A stretch of DNA of 50,574 nt from an uncultured Bacilli bacterium (GTDB lineage Bacteria > Bacillota_I > Bacilli_A > RF39 > UBA660). The stretch is from assembly GCA_947627915.1 (NCBI GenBank), contig CANQXT010000002.1, positions 1-50,574 on the forward strand, read 5' to 3'. The notes under the pieces are model-generated. The model searched no databases, was not told where the DNA came from, and saw nothing but the letters and a program-made list of their open reading frames with translations. The position numbers and the translations under genes were made by a program. Below, in pieces: positions 38,252 through 47,777 of this stretch; the first letter of the stretch is position 1; each line of letters begins with the position of its first letter.

Positions 38252-40531
38252 TTAGCAATCACACTCTAAGCTATTTATTGTTTCAACCGGAACCCCTTCA
38301 AAATTTCTTCTACCACATCTTGGACATACATCATTAATAACTCCAACATAACCACAAACTGGATCTCTATCAACTGGATGGTTAACTGCCCCATAACCTA
38401 TATCATTATCATGCATAATACGAATTATTTTTTCAAATGCTTCAACATTATTAGCTGTATCACCATCTATTTCAATATAAGAAATATGACCAGCATTAGT
38501 AAGTTTATGATATTTACCTTCAATTTCCATTTTATGTTGAATAGTTGTTTTATAATAAACTGGGACATGGAATGAATTAGTATAATATTCTCTATCTGTT
38601 ACGCCTTTAATCTTACCATAGATTGATCTATCGATACCAACAAATCTACCACTTAATCCCTCAGCAGGGGTAGCAAGACAAGTAAAGTTAAGTTTCATTT
38701 CTTCAGAATATTGATCACATTTTTCACGCATATGGGAAACTATTTCAAGTCCTAACTTTTGGGCTTTATCACTTTCACCATGATGTTCACCAATTAAAGC
38801 TTTTAAACATTCAGCAAGACCAATAAAACCAATTGATAACGTTCCATGTTTTAATACTTTTCTAATTTTTTGTCCTGGTTCTAATTTTTCTGAATCAAGC
38901 CAAACGTGTGAACCAAGTAAGAATTTAAAGTTAGCTACTGATTTACTACATTGAATATCGAATCTTTGAAGTAATTGACCTTTACATAAATCAAGTAATT
39001 CATCTAATTCTTCATAGAAGCCTTTCATATCAGCTTTTGTTCTACTGCCATCAACTATACCATGTTTTATACCAAGTCTTGGTAAATTTATTGTCGTAAA
39101 TGATAAGTTTCCTCTTCCTGGTGTAATTTGTTTTTCAGGATCGACAACATTACCAATAACTCTTGTTCTACATCCCATATATGCTACTTCTGTTTTAGGA
39201 TCCATACCTTTTAAATAAGGTTTATTAAATGATGAATCCATAAATGAGAAGTTAGGGAACATTCTTTTAGCCGATACTTTACAAGCTAATTTAAATAAAT
39301 CATAGTTTGGATCATCAACATTATAGCTAACACCCTCTCTTAATTTAAAGATTGAAATTGGGAAAATAGGTGTTTCACCATGACCAAGTCCAGCATCGGT
39401 TGCAAGTAAGAAATTCTTAATTACCATTCTTCCTTCTGGAGATGTATCTGTACCAAAGTTTACTGATGAGAATGGTACTTGAGCTCCTGCTCTACTATGC
39501 ATTGTATTTAAGTTATGAATAAATGCTTCCATAGCTTGATATGTAATACGATCAGTTTTAGCCATCGCTTTATCATAACCTTTTACAATTATTTCTTCTA
39601 ATCTATCACTTGTTATAAAATCTTTAAATATTTCTTTGGGATCATAAGCAATAGTATCTTGTTTATTAATAACTTCAACTATTTTATCAAAATTAATTTC
39701 GCCTAAAAATCCATCTAAATCAAGAAAATCATATAAAGTTTGTTTTAATTGTTTCTTAAATGTTTTCTTAACACCTGGAGCCATATAATAATCAAACATT
39801 GGAATACTTTGACCACCATGTTGATCATTTTGATTAGCTTGAATACAAATAGCTGCTAGTGCTGTATAACTCATAATATCATTTGGCGTTCTTAAATGAC
39901 CGTGTCCTGTCGAAAAACCATTTTTAAATAATTTCTCTAAATCAATTTGATTACAAGTTGTTGTACCCATTGCTAAGAAATCTAAATCGTGGATATGAAT
40001 TGCTCCTTCATCATGAGCTCTAGCATATTTAGCATCCATCAAATAAGCTTTACCGAATTCTTTAGAAACTGTTGCTCCAAAATGAAGCATTGTTCCCATT
40101 GGACCATCACCATCGATATTAGCGTTTTCTCTTTTGGCATTTTCTTCTTTTGAACTTTTAAGTCCTAAAGATTCAATTGCTTTAACAAATTTATGTTGGG
40201 GTTTACTAAGTCCTACAAAAGCTTCTCTAGATGCTGCTCTTCTTTCCCGATATTCAGAGAAAGATTTATAAACACTTTCGTCTGTTTTTTGTAACTCTTT
40301 TTCAATAATATCTTGAATTTCTTCAATACCAATTGTCTTTCTTTCTTGATATTCTTTTTCAATCGTTTTAATAACTTTTTCTAGTATTTTATTAACTATT
40401 TTTTCATCATAATCTTCATATACACTATCAAAGCCTTTTTTTATAGCAATTGCTATTTTTGTTCGGTTAAAAGGGACTCTTTGGCCACTTCTTTTAACAA
40501 CAATTAAATCATTTATTACCTCTTCTTTCAT
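38252..40531 (-). CDS. nrdD: Anaerobic ribonucleoside-triphosphate reductase, large polypeptide lacking the glycyl-radical loop
   Basis: 759 aa with an N-terminal ATP-cone (VVKRSGQRVPFNRTKI), the NrdD barrel core, and a C-terminal Cys cluster CGYVGVINDVCPRCG..ECDC. It ends with TAA before any RxxGY motif. Confidence 0.93.
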   Translation of the reverse strand: MKEEVINDLIVVKRSGQRVPFNRTKIAIAIKKGFDSVYEDYDEKIVNKILEKVIKTIEKEYQERKTIGIEEIQDIIEKELQKTDESVYKSFSEYRERRAASREAFVGLSKPQHKFVKAIESLGLKSSKEENAKRENANIDGDGPMGTMLHFGATVSKEFGKAYLMDAKYARAHDEGAIHIHDLDFLAMGTTTCNQIDLEKLFKNGFSTGHGHLRTPNDIMSYTALAAICIQANQNDQHGGQSIPMFDYYMAPGVKKTFKKQLKQTLYDFLDLDGFLGEINFDKIVEVINKQDTIAYDPKEIFKDFITSDRLEEIIVKGYDKAMAKTDRITYQAMEAFIHNLNTMHSRAGAQVPFSSVNFGTDTSPEGRMVIKNFLLATDAGLGHGETPIFPISIFKLREGVSYNVDDPNYDLFKLACKVSAKRMFPNFSFMDSSFNKPYLKGMDPKTEVAYMGCRTRVIGNVVDPEKQITPGRGNLSFTTINLPRLGIKHGIVDGSRTKADMKGFYEELDELLDLCKGQLLQRFDIQCSKSVANFKFLLGSHVWLDSEKLEPGQKIRKVLKHGTLSIGFIGLAECLKALIGEHHGESDKAQKLGLEIVSHMREKCDQYSEEMKLNFTCLATPAEGLSGRFVGIDRSIYGKIKGVTDREYYTNSFHVPVYYKTTIQHKMEIEGKYHKLTNAGHISYIEIDGDTANNVEAFEKIIRIMHDNDIGYGAVNHPVDRDPVCGYVGVINDVCPRCGRRNFEGVPVETINSLECDC

Positions 40532-40553
40532 ATTACCTCTCCATTACAATTTC

Positions 40554-40581
40554 ATTATAACATCATCTTCTTCTTAATCAA
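40554..40581 (-). promoter_or_regulatory. Candidate nrdD promoter TTGATT-16-(TGT)TATAAT
   Basis: Read on the minus strand ~20 nt upstream of the GGAGAGG RBS. Confidence 0.45.
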
Positions 40582-40608
40582 TGTTTTTTTTATGTTTTTT
40601 TTCAAAAA

Positions 40609-40724
40609 TGTAAAACGAACATTTTCATTTTTTTTAATTTTTAATCTTCAAAAAACATTTTACTTAGATTCTACCTATATTTTTATTTTTATAAATTTTT
40701 ATAAATTTTTTTGTTCGTTTTACA
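40609..40724. promoter_or_regulatory. Pair of inverted 13-nt boxes (TGTAAAACGAACA / TGTTCGTTTTACA) about 100 bp apart upstream of nrdD
   Basis: Exact reverse complements at 40609..40621 and 40712..40724. A tandem TTTTTATAAA x2 lies between them. Confidence 0.35.
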
Positions 40725-40821
40725 ATGCTTTTTTTGTCAAAATGAGTAAAAGAAAATTAACTATTTTTGATACTCTATTTAAGTAAAAAAATGCCAATAA
40801 AAAATAAGTATTTTAATCTAC

Positions 40822-41289
40822 TTATTTTATAATATCTTTTAACATTTTTTCTATTAACTTACTGATATTATCTTTATTTTCACATCTTTTATTACTAATA
40901 CATTCATATATTTGTTCATAATATTGATGATTATCATTATCATATATACTAATATAAACTTTGTTATCTTCATTGGTTAAATTATGGATATCTTTTTTCT
41001 TTAATTGACCAGTTATTCCAATACCATAATTAGAGTTTGTGAATTCTGCTATTTTTTTACTCATTTCTCTAGCTACTTCTCTACTATAAACTGTATATTT
41101 ACTAATTGTATCTTTATCAACACCCATCTTTATTTTAAATTCATTAGCATAAGTAACTGCACTAAACTTTATCACTTCACTAGCACCTTCTACATTAGTA
41201 ATAGCATTAACAATATAACCACCTGTACAAGATTCCATGGTACTAATTGTTTTCTTTAATTTAGTTAATCTTTCAACGATCTCTTTCAC
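40822..41289 (-). CDS. CinA C-terminal-domain protein (PncC-type nicotinamide-nucleotide amidase family)
   Basis: 155 aa with the MESCTGGYIVNAIT..GAS motif typical of CinA/PncC. Follows pgsA, as in Bacillus. Confidence 0.85.
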   Translation of the reverse strand: MKEIVERLTKLKKTISTMESCTGGYIVNAITNVEGASEVIKFSAVTYANEFKIKMGVDKDTISKYTVYSREVAREMSKKIAEFTNSNYGIGITGQLKKKDIHNLTNEDNKVYISIYDNDNHQYYEQIYECISNKRCENKDNISKLIEKMLKDIIK

Positions 41290-42023
41290 TTTTTATCTCC
41301 TTTAATAATTGCGGTAGTTAATTTTTTTAAATTTTTATCATTACAATGTTTTTGATAAAATTCCGGATTTAACCCAATTAATTTAAATCTTTCCCAAGTC
41401 GTTTTACCATCCATTTTAGGTATCTCAATTTCTTTTCTTTGAGCATTTTTTCTTTTTATCTTTTTAGGAGCCACAACATCTAATATATAACTAATTAATG
41501 TTAAAAACTCTATTATAATTGCTGGTGTTAATAAAATTAAATAGACATTCTTCATATTTAAAGAATTAAAAATATTTTTAAGACTACTACTTATAAAACT
41601 AATACTATTAATATCACTAATTATAAAAGTTAAGACAACACATATAGCTAATACCCAAACTTTAAACTTACCTATTATATTAGATTGTAAATTTAAATTA
41701 TTTTTAAATTTTAATATTTGAGTTATTACAATACTTATTTCAAAGAAAATAGGAATTAAAGCAAAAGGAGTAATCAAGTATAAGACAATAAAATTCATAA
41801 TTGTAAATAATTTATCAGCTGTTCCATCAAATAAAGCTCCAAAAAATGTAGAGGCAGACCATTTTCGAGCAAGAATACCATCTAAACTATCGGTAAGATA
41901 GCAAATAAGTGCTAAAACACCTGTCATAAAGCCACCACAATAATGATAAACTGGCACTAATAATATTACCCCAATAACTCTAATTAATGTTAAGAAATTT
42001 ATTATAATTAATTTTAATTTCAT
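41286..42023 (-). CDS. pgsA: CDP-alcohol phosphatidyltransferase (PgsA-like) with extended basic C-terminal tail
   Basis: Exact Dx2DGx2ARx8Gx3Dx3D motif (DSLDGILARKWSASTFFGALFDGTAD). Start at ATG 42021-42023 (GAGGTG RBS). Confidence 0.85.
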   Translation of the reverse strand: MKLKLIIINFLTLIRVIGVILLVPVYHYCGGFMTGVLALICYLTDSLDGILARKWSASTFFGALFDGTADKLFTIMNFIVLYLITPFALIPIFFEISIVITQILKFKNNLNLQSNIIGKFKVWVLAICVVLTFIISDINSISFISSSLKNIFNSLNMKNVYLILLTPAIIIEFLTLISYILDVVAPKKIKRKNAQRKEIEIPKMDGKTTWERFKLIGLNPEFYQKHCNDKNLKKLTTAIIKGDKK

Positions 42024-42046
42024 AAAGAAACACCTCAATACAACAC

Positions 42047-42949
42047 TTATTTACTTTTTTTACCATTTAAATAACTTTTAATATCCATCATATTTTTACC
42101 AACTGGTTTTATTATATCAAAATATATTATACCATTTAAACAGCCAATTCCCAAATTATCTTTATTTTGATAAATTTTACCTATATCACATTTAGTTAGT
42201 TCATAATGCGCTTTAACAATTTTTACTTCTTCATCTAAAATAATTGTTCTTGTTAAAGGATAAGGACTAAAAGCTCTTATTTTATTATATATCTTAATAA
42301 CATCATTATTAAAATCTAATTCTTCATCTTCTCTTTCTATTTTTGGAGCATATGTAGCTAAATTATTATCTTGTTTAATTCTTGTAATATTATTGTTGAT
42401 AATATTTTCTAAATTCTTTGCAATTATATTAGCTCCTAAAACCATTAAGGTATTATGAATATCTTCTAAAGTATCTGTTTCATTAATATTACATTCTAAT
42501 GTATCTATAATATCTCCGGTATCCATTCCTTCATCCATATACATAAGAGTAACTCCTGTTTTTTTATCACCATTCATTATAGCATATTGCATTGGTGATG
42601 ATCCTCTATATTTAGGTAATAAAGAAGCATGAATATTAAGACAACCATATTTAGGATAATCTAATATTTCTTTATTTAATATTTTACCATAAGCACATGT
42701 TACAATTAAATCTGGTTTATAATCTAAAATATTTTGATATTCTTCTTTTAATTTATTGGGAGTTATAACTGGTATATTATTGTTAATTGCTACTTCTTTA
42801 ATTGGTGATGGTGTTAAAATCTTTTTTCTTCCTACATAGGCATCAGCTCTTGTAACAACTAAAACAACATTCGTAAGTTCTATTAATTTATTTAAAACTG
42901 GAATCGCAAATTCTGGTGTTCCCATAAAAACAACTCTTAAATCTTTCAT
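42047..42949 (-). CDS. fmt: Methionyl-tRNA formyltransferase
   Basis: 300 aa with VVFMGTPEFAIPVL and HASLLPKYRGSSPMQYAI motifs. Confidence 0.95.
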   Translation of the reverse strand: MKDLRVVFMGTPEFAIPVLNKLIELTNVVLVVTRADAYVGRKKILTPSPIKEVAINNNIPVITPNKLKEEYQNILDYKPDLIVTCAYGKILNKEILDYPKYGCLNIHASLLPKYRGSSPMQYAIMNGDKKTGVTLMYMDEGMDTGDIIDTLECNINETDTLEDIHNTLMVLGANIIAKNLENIINNNITRIKQDNNLATYAPKIEREDEELDFNNDVIKIYNKIRAFSPYPLTRTIILDEEVKIVKAHYELTKCDIGKIYQNKDNLGIGCLNGIIYFDIIKPVGKNMMDIKSYLNGKKSK

Positions 42950-42966
42950 CTAATCATCTCCTTCAT

Positions 42967-44253
42967 TTATATATTATATTTCTTGATTTCAATTCTTTTT
43001 AAATCTTTATCATATCCTATTTGAGATAAACTTCTTGTTAAAATTTTTCTTACACCCTCTTTAGTAAGATTAAACATTTGCCCAATATCTTCTAAAGATT
43101 TTCTTTCACCCATAAGTCCATAACGTAACATAATAATTTCTTTATTTCTTTTACTAATATCCGATAGTTCAATATTATTTTTAAATTCTTCTATATATAA
43201 TTTTAAATCAATATAATCAGTAAATGCTTGACTTGTATCTTCTAAATAGTAATTAAGATCTTTGTCATCATTAATATAAGTATCTAAACTTAAAATATCT
43301 TCATTATCTAGTAATAATTTTTTAACTTTATTTATAGGTAATTTCATTTCGTTTGCTAATTCTTCTATAGTAGGATATACCCCATTTATTAAATAAAAAG
43401 TTTGTTCTTTATTATGTAGTTCTAATAATAAATTATATGTTAAACTAGATAATCTTATGGTTCTATTATTATTTTTTAAAGCATTATTAATATATTGTCT
43501 TATCCAAGAAACTGCATAAGTAGAAAAATAATTAGGACGATTTAAATCAAACTTTTCAGCAGCTTTTAAAAGACCTAAACGTCCTTCTTGAATTAAATCT
43601 TCCCTATCTATTTTACCATTCTTTATTTTAAATAAATGTTTATTTACAACATATAACACTAATTTATCATTTTTAATAATTAATTCTTCTTTAGCTTTAT
43701 TATCACCATTTTGAATTCTTCTAATTAATTCTCTTTGTTTTTGATAATCATAATTATTATTTATATTTTTAAGGTTAGATGAATTAAGATAATTTTCATA
43801 TATTATTAATAATCTGCTTATATTATTATTAAGATTACTTTTATTATTTAAATTATTATAAAGATAAGAAATATTTTCTTTAAATTTATAATTTTCTTTT
43901 AATAAATCATTAATAATATTATCTTCTAAATATATTTCAAAATAATTTAATATTTTAATAAAACCATTAATATTTTTTATAGCGTTATATAATTTATTTA
44001 TTTCTTGAAAATTATTATTTATATAATTATTTATTATAAATAATAATTTATCATTATCTTGCATAATAATATTAAGATATTCTTTTAATTTATCATTAAT
44101 ATATATATTTATATCAATTTCTTTTTTATTTAACTTATTATATTCTTCTAAACATTTTCTTAATAATTTATAAAAGATATCATCAGAAATAATAACATTA
44201 TATTTTTCTTTTATTAATAATATTTCTTCATTTAGTAAAATATCTTTATCCAT
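42967..44253 (-). CDS. Sigma-70 family sigma factor (group 1/2-like core) with ~170-aa N/I/K-rich N-terminal extension
   Basis: Region 2 DLIQEGRLGLLKAAEKFD..FSTYAVSWIRQYI, region 3 YPTIEELANEM, region 4 IIMLRYGL..SLEDIGQMFNLTKEGVRKI. Confidence 0.8.
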   Translation of the reverse strand: MDKDILLNEEILLIKEKYNVIISDDIFYKLLRKCLEEYNKLNKKEIDINIYINDKLKEYLNIIMQDNDKLLFIINNYINNNFQEINKLYNAIKNINGFIKILNYFEIYLEDNIINDLLKENYKFKENISYLYNNLNNKSNLNNNISRLLIIYENYLNSSNLKNINNNYDYQKQRELIRRIQNGDNKAKEELIIKNDKLVLYVVNKHLFKIKNGKIDREDLIQEGRLGLLKAAEKFDLNRPNYFSTYAVSWIRQYINNALKNNNRTIRLSSLTYNLLLELHNKEQTFYLINGVYPTIEELANEMKLPINKVKKLLLDNEDILSLDTYINDDKDLNYYLEDTSQAFTDYIDLKLYIEEFKNNIELSDISKRNKEIIMLRYGLMGERKSLEDIGQMFNLTKEGVRKILTRSLSQIGYDKDLKRIEIKKYNI

Positions 44254-44319
44254 ACCAATCCTCTTATTTAATTATCTTAACATTAAATATCAATAAATTC
44301 AATGAAAAAGTACCACTTA

Positions 44320-47300
44320 TTATTGTGATACTTTTTCTAATTCTATTTTAACAGGTATACCATTAATGTTATATTCTTCCATCTTTAAGTTTTTCTTAGT
44401 TATATTTATAGCTAGAGTTTCATTTTTAATATATTCATTATATTCTGCAATGACATTATCAAAATCACCATCATAATAAATATTAATTCGATCACTAACT
44501 TCATAACCATTTGTTTTTCTTAAATTTTGCACTTTAGAGACAAATTCTCGAGCATGACCTTCATTAATTAAATCATCTGTTAAGTTAGTATTTAAAACAA
44601 TAAATAAATTATCTAATACACCAACATTAAAGCCTTCTTTACTAGTTATTCTTAATTCATACATATCTTTTGTAATAACTGTATCATTAAATTTAACTTT
44701 TTCTTTATTTAATTCATTTAAATCTTGTGTTTGTAAGAATGCTTCATATTCTTTAATTTTTGCCCCAAATAACTTACCTACTTCTTTATAATTTGGTTTT
44801 AAAGTAATATTCATATATTTATTTAAATCATCATCACTAACTATTTTTTTAACATTTAATTCTTCTTCCAGTAAATGAACTAAATCACTTATCTTATTAT
44901 ATATATTACTATCTATAATTGCTTCTAAAAGAGGTGTTCTAACTTTAATTTTAGCATCTTCTCTAACATTTCTTCCTAGAGAAATTAAGTTACGAACATA
45001 ATCCATTTTTTCTTCTAAAGAAGAATCAATAAGAGATTCATCTACTTTTGGAAAATCTTCGGTATGAACAGAATATTTTTTGGTAAGTTTAGTATATATT
45101 TCTTCACTTATATATGGTACAACTGGAGCAATTATTTTAGATAGACCAACTAATACTTCATAAGTAGTTATATAAACGGCTTTTTTCGAATTATCAAGGG
45201 TACTACCCCAGAAACGATTTCTGCATCTTCTTATATACCAATTAGATAAATCATCAGATACAAAGTTAGTTATATTACGAACTACTTTATTTAAATCATA
45301 TTCTTCATAACCTTCAATAACTACTTTAAGTAAAGAATTATATTTAGATAATAACCATTTATCTATTTCTTCACGATCTTTAATAGCAACATTACATTTA
45401 TCAATATCAATATTATCAGTTGTTGCATACATACTAAAGAAATTATAAGTATTTTTTAAAGGATTAAAGAACTTCGAATATACTTCTTTTAAACCATCTT
45501 CATCAAATTTAAGTGGTGTCCATACTGGAGAGACATAAGGTAAATACCATCTTACTGTATCAGCACCATATTCTTCCATAATAGTAAATGGTTCAATTGC
45601 ATTACCTCGAGATTTATGCATTTTTTGACCATTTTTATCTAATAATAGTTCATTTACTAAAACATTTTTATATGGAGATACGCCTTTAACAAATGTTGAT
45701 ATAACAAGAAGTGAATAGAACCAACCTCTTGTTTGATCAATTCCCTCACAAATAAAGTCAGCAGGAAATTGATTATTAAATAATTCTTCATTTTCAAATG
45801 GATAATGATATTGAGCAAATGGCATAGCACCGGAATCAAACCAACAATCAATAACATCTTTACATCTTGTCATTGTTTTACCGCATTTAGGACATAAAAT
45901 ATGCACATCATCAACATATGGACGATGTAAATCAATTGTTTCATCGATATCTTCAATAGCTAATTCCACAAGTTCTTTTCTGGAACCAACCATCATATCA
46001 TGACCACATTCACAACGCCATAAAGGAAGTGGTGTACCCCAATAACGACTTCTAGAAATAGCCCAGTCATTTAGATTTTCAAGCCAATTGCCAAATCTTT
46101 TTTCACCAACAAATGATGGATACCAATTAACTGTTTTATTATTAGCAATTATTTTATCTTTTAATTTTGTTACTTCTAAATAAAATGATGGTTTAGAATA
46201 ATATAAAAGAGGACTTTTACAACGCCAGCAATGAGGATAATTGTGAACTATTTTTTGCTTTTTAAATAATTTATCATTTTCTTTTAAGTATTTAATAACT
46301 TCTAAATCAGCATCAAATACTAACATTCCTTTCCAAGGACCTTCAGTAAAACAACCATCTTCACCAACAGGATTTAAATATGGTAAATTATAATTTTTAC
46401 CAACATTGGCATCATCAGCACCAAAAGCTGGAGCTATATGAACAAGTCCAGTACCATCTTCCATAGTTACATATTCATCACATGTAACAAAGAATGCTTT
46501 TTTATTAACACTTAAGACTGGTATTAATTGTTCATATTCAGTATATTCTAAATCTTTACCTTTATAAGTTTTAAGTACTTCATAGTCATCACCTAAAACT
46601 TTATTAGCTAGTTTTTTAGCTACAATAAATTTATAGTCTTTACTTTTAGCTAAAATATATTCTTCTTTAGGATTAACACAGATAGCAACATTAGAAAGTA
46701 ATGTCCAAGGTGTTGTTGTCCAAACTAAGAAATATTCATCACTATCTTTCTTTTTCATTGGGACAATAACTGTATCAACCGAAACTTCTTTATAACCTTG
46801 AGCTACTTCGTGAGATGCTAGTCCTGTACCACATCTAGGACAATAAGGTAATATTTTACTTCCTTCATAAAATAATCCTTCATCAAAGAATTTCTTTAAT
46901 ATCCACCACTCTGTTTCAATATAATTATTATCATATGTTATATAACGATTTTCTAAATCAATAAATTGACCCATTTTATTGGTTAAATCACAAAATGATT
47001 TTTCATTTTCCCAAACTGCTTTACGGCATTCTTCATTAAATTCTTTAATACCATATTTTTCAATATCATTCTTATTTTCAAAGCCAAGTTTCTTCTCTAC
47101 TTGAACTTCAACCGGAAGACCATGCGTATCCCAACCAACTTTTCTTAATACTTTGTAGCCTTGCATTGTTTTATATTTGCAAAAACTATCTTTTAAAAAT
47201 TTAGCTACCATATGATGAAGTCCTGGCATTCCATTGGCCGTAGCAGGTCCATCATAAAATACCCAATATGGTTTATCTTCCCTGTTTTGAATACACTTAT

Positions 47301-47388
47301 CAAGTATCTTATCTTTCATCCATCTATTTAAGATATCTTGTTCAACTAATGATGTTTTACGATTATCTAGACTTTCAAATTTTATCAT
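44320..47388 (-). CDS. ileS: Isoleucyl-tRNA synthetase (type-2 length, 1022 aa)
   Basis: HIGH-region PATANGMPGLHH, KMSKS as KMHKSRGN, and a CP1 editing domain. The leader is a T-box with an AUC specifier. Confidence 0.97.
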   Translation of the reverse strand: MIKFESLDNRKTSLVEQDILNRWMKDKILDKCIQNREDKPYWVFYDGPATANGMPGLHHMVAKFLKDSFCKYKTMQGYKVLRKVGWDTHGLPVEVQVEKKLGFENKNDIEKYGIKEFNEECRKAVWENEKSFCDLTNKMGQFIDLENRYITYDNNYIETEWWILKKFFDEGLFYEGSKILPYCPRCGTGLASHEVAQGYKEVSVDTVIVPMKKKDSDEYFLVWTTTPWTLLSNVAICVNPKEEYILAKSKDYKFIVAKKLANKVLGDDYEVLKTYKGKDLEYTEYEQLIPVLSVNKKAFFVTCDEYVTMEDGTGLVHIAPAFGADDANVGKNYNLPYLNPVGEDGCFTEGPWKGMLVFDADLEVIKYLKENDKLFKKQKIVHNYPHCWRCKSPLLYYSKPSFYLEVTKLKDKIIANNKTVNWYPSFVGEKRFGNWLENLNDWAISRSRYWGTPLPLWRCECGHDMMVGSRKELVELAIEDIDETIDLHRPYVDDVHILCPKCGKTMTRCKDVIDCWFDSGAMPFAQYHYPFENEELFNNQFPADFICEGIDQTRGWFYSLLVISTFVKGVSPYKNVLVNELLLDKNGQKMHKSRGNAIEPFTIMEEYGADTVRWYLPYVSPVWTPLKFDEDGLKEVYSKFFNPLKNTYNFFSMYATTDNIDIDKCNVAIKDREEIDKWLLSKYNSLLKVVIEGYEEYDLNKVVRNITNFVSDDLSNWYIRRCRNRFWGSTLDNSKKAVYITTYEVLVGLSKIIAPVVPYISEEIYTKLTKKYSVHTEDFPKVDESLIDSSLEEKMDYVRNLISLGRNVREDAKIKVRTPLLEAIIDSNIYNKISDLVHLLEEELNVKKIVSDDDLNKYMNITLKPNYKEVGKLFGAKIKEYEAFLQTQDLNELNKEKVKFNDTVITKDMYELRITSKEGFNVGVLDNLFIVLNTNLTDDLINEGHAREFVSKVQNLRKTNGYEVSDRINIYYDGDFDNVIAEYNEYIKNETLAINITKKNLKMEEYNINGIPVKIELEKVSQ

Positions 47389-47401
47389 ATTTATCCTCCC
47401 T

Positions 47402-47620
47402 ATTAAAAAAAGTTCATAAATATAAGGACGAAAAACCGTGGTACCACCTTAATTCATGAACTATTAGTCATCTTTATATGTTTAACGACATTACCCGTGT
47501 TATCTTTTCAATAACCATTCCCCAAGTGATATAAATTAAACTTCATTATTAGTTTTCACCAACCACTAACTCTCTTGTAAATCCATTTAACTCACGTGTC
47601 TTGTTCAATTTAAATTTACA
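47402..47620 (-). promoter_or_regulatory. T-box leader (Ile, AUC specifier) controlling ileS
   Basis: The minus strand shows an AGAGA box, GGTTGGTGAAAAC, a specifier loop ..TATATCAC.., the T-box AATTAAGGTGGTACCACGG, and a terminator GTTCATGAATTAAGG...CCTTATATTTATGAAC + T7. Confidence 0.8.
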
Positions 47621-47626
47621 TTTAAA

Positions 47627-47655
47627 ATTATATGAAATTAATTAAAATAAGTCAA
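47627..47655 (-). promoter_or_regulatory. Sigma-A promoter TTGACT-17-TATAAT for the ileS T-box leader
   Basis: Hexamers at 47655-47650 and 47632-47627 on the minus strand. Confidence 0.55.
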
Positions 47656-47777
47656 TGATTTTTTTATTTTTTTAATTGACGTTTTTATATTTATTTTTTT
47701 AGATTTACTTGTTATTTTAGACTATCTTTGTTAGAATATAGGTATACTATTAATATAAATAATAAAGAGGGATTAAT

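Noticed and set aside
40592-40786. 64-aa + strand ORF in the nrdD upstream region
   Set aside because: It consists of extremely AT-rich F/K/N-rich sequence on the opposite strand to all neighbours, and it has no RBS. The region is regulatory.
45657-45857. 66-aa minus-strand ORF in an alternative frame inside ileS, plus other small same- or opposite-strand ORFs (23074..23268, 24735..24935, 26084..26269, 27121..27321, 32593..32790, 38378..38575, 41005..41259, 47268..47459)
   Set aside because: All are nested in well-supported longer genes, and all lack RBSs and recognisable motifs.
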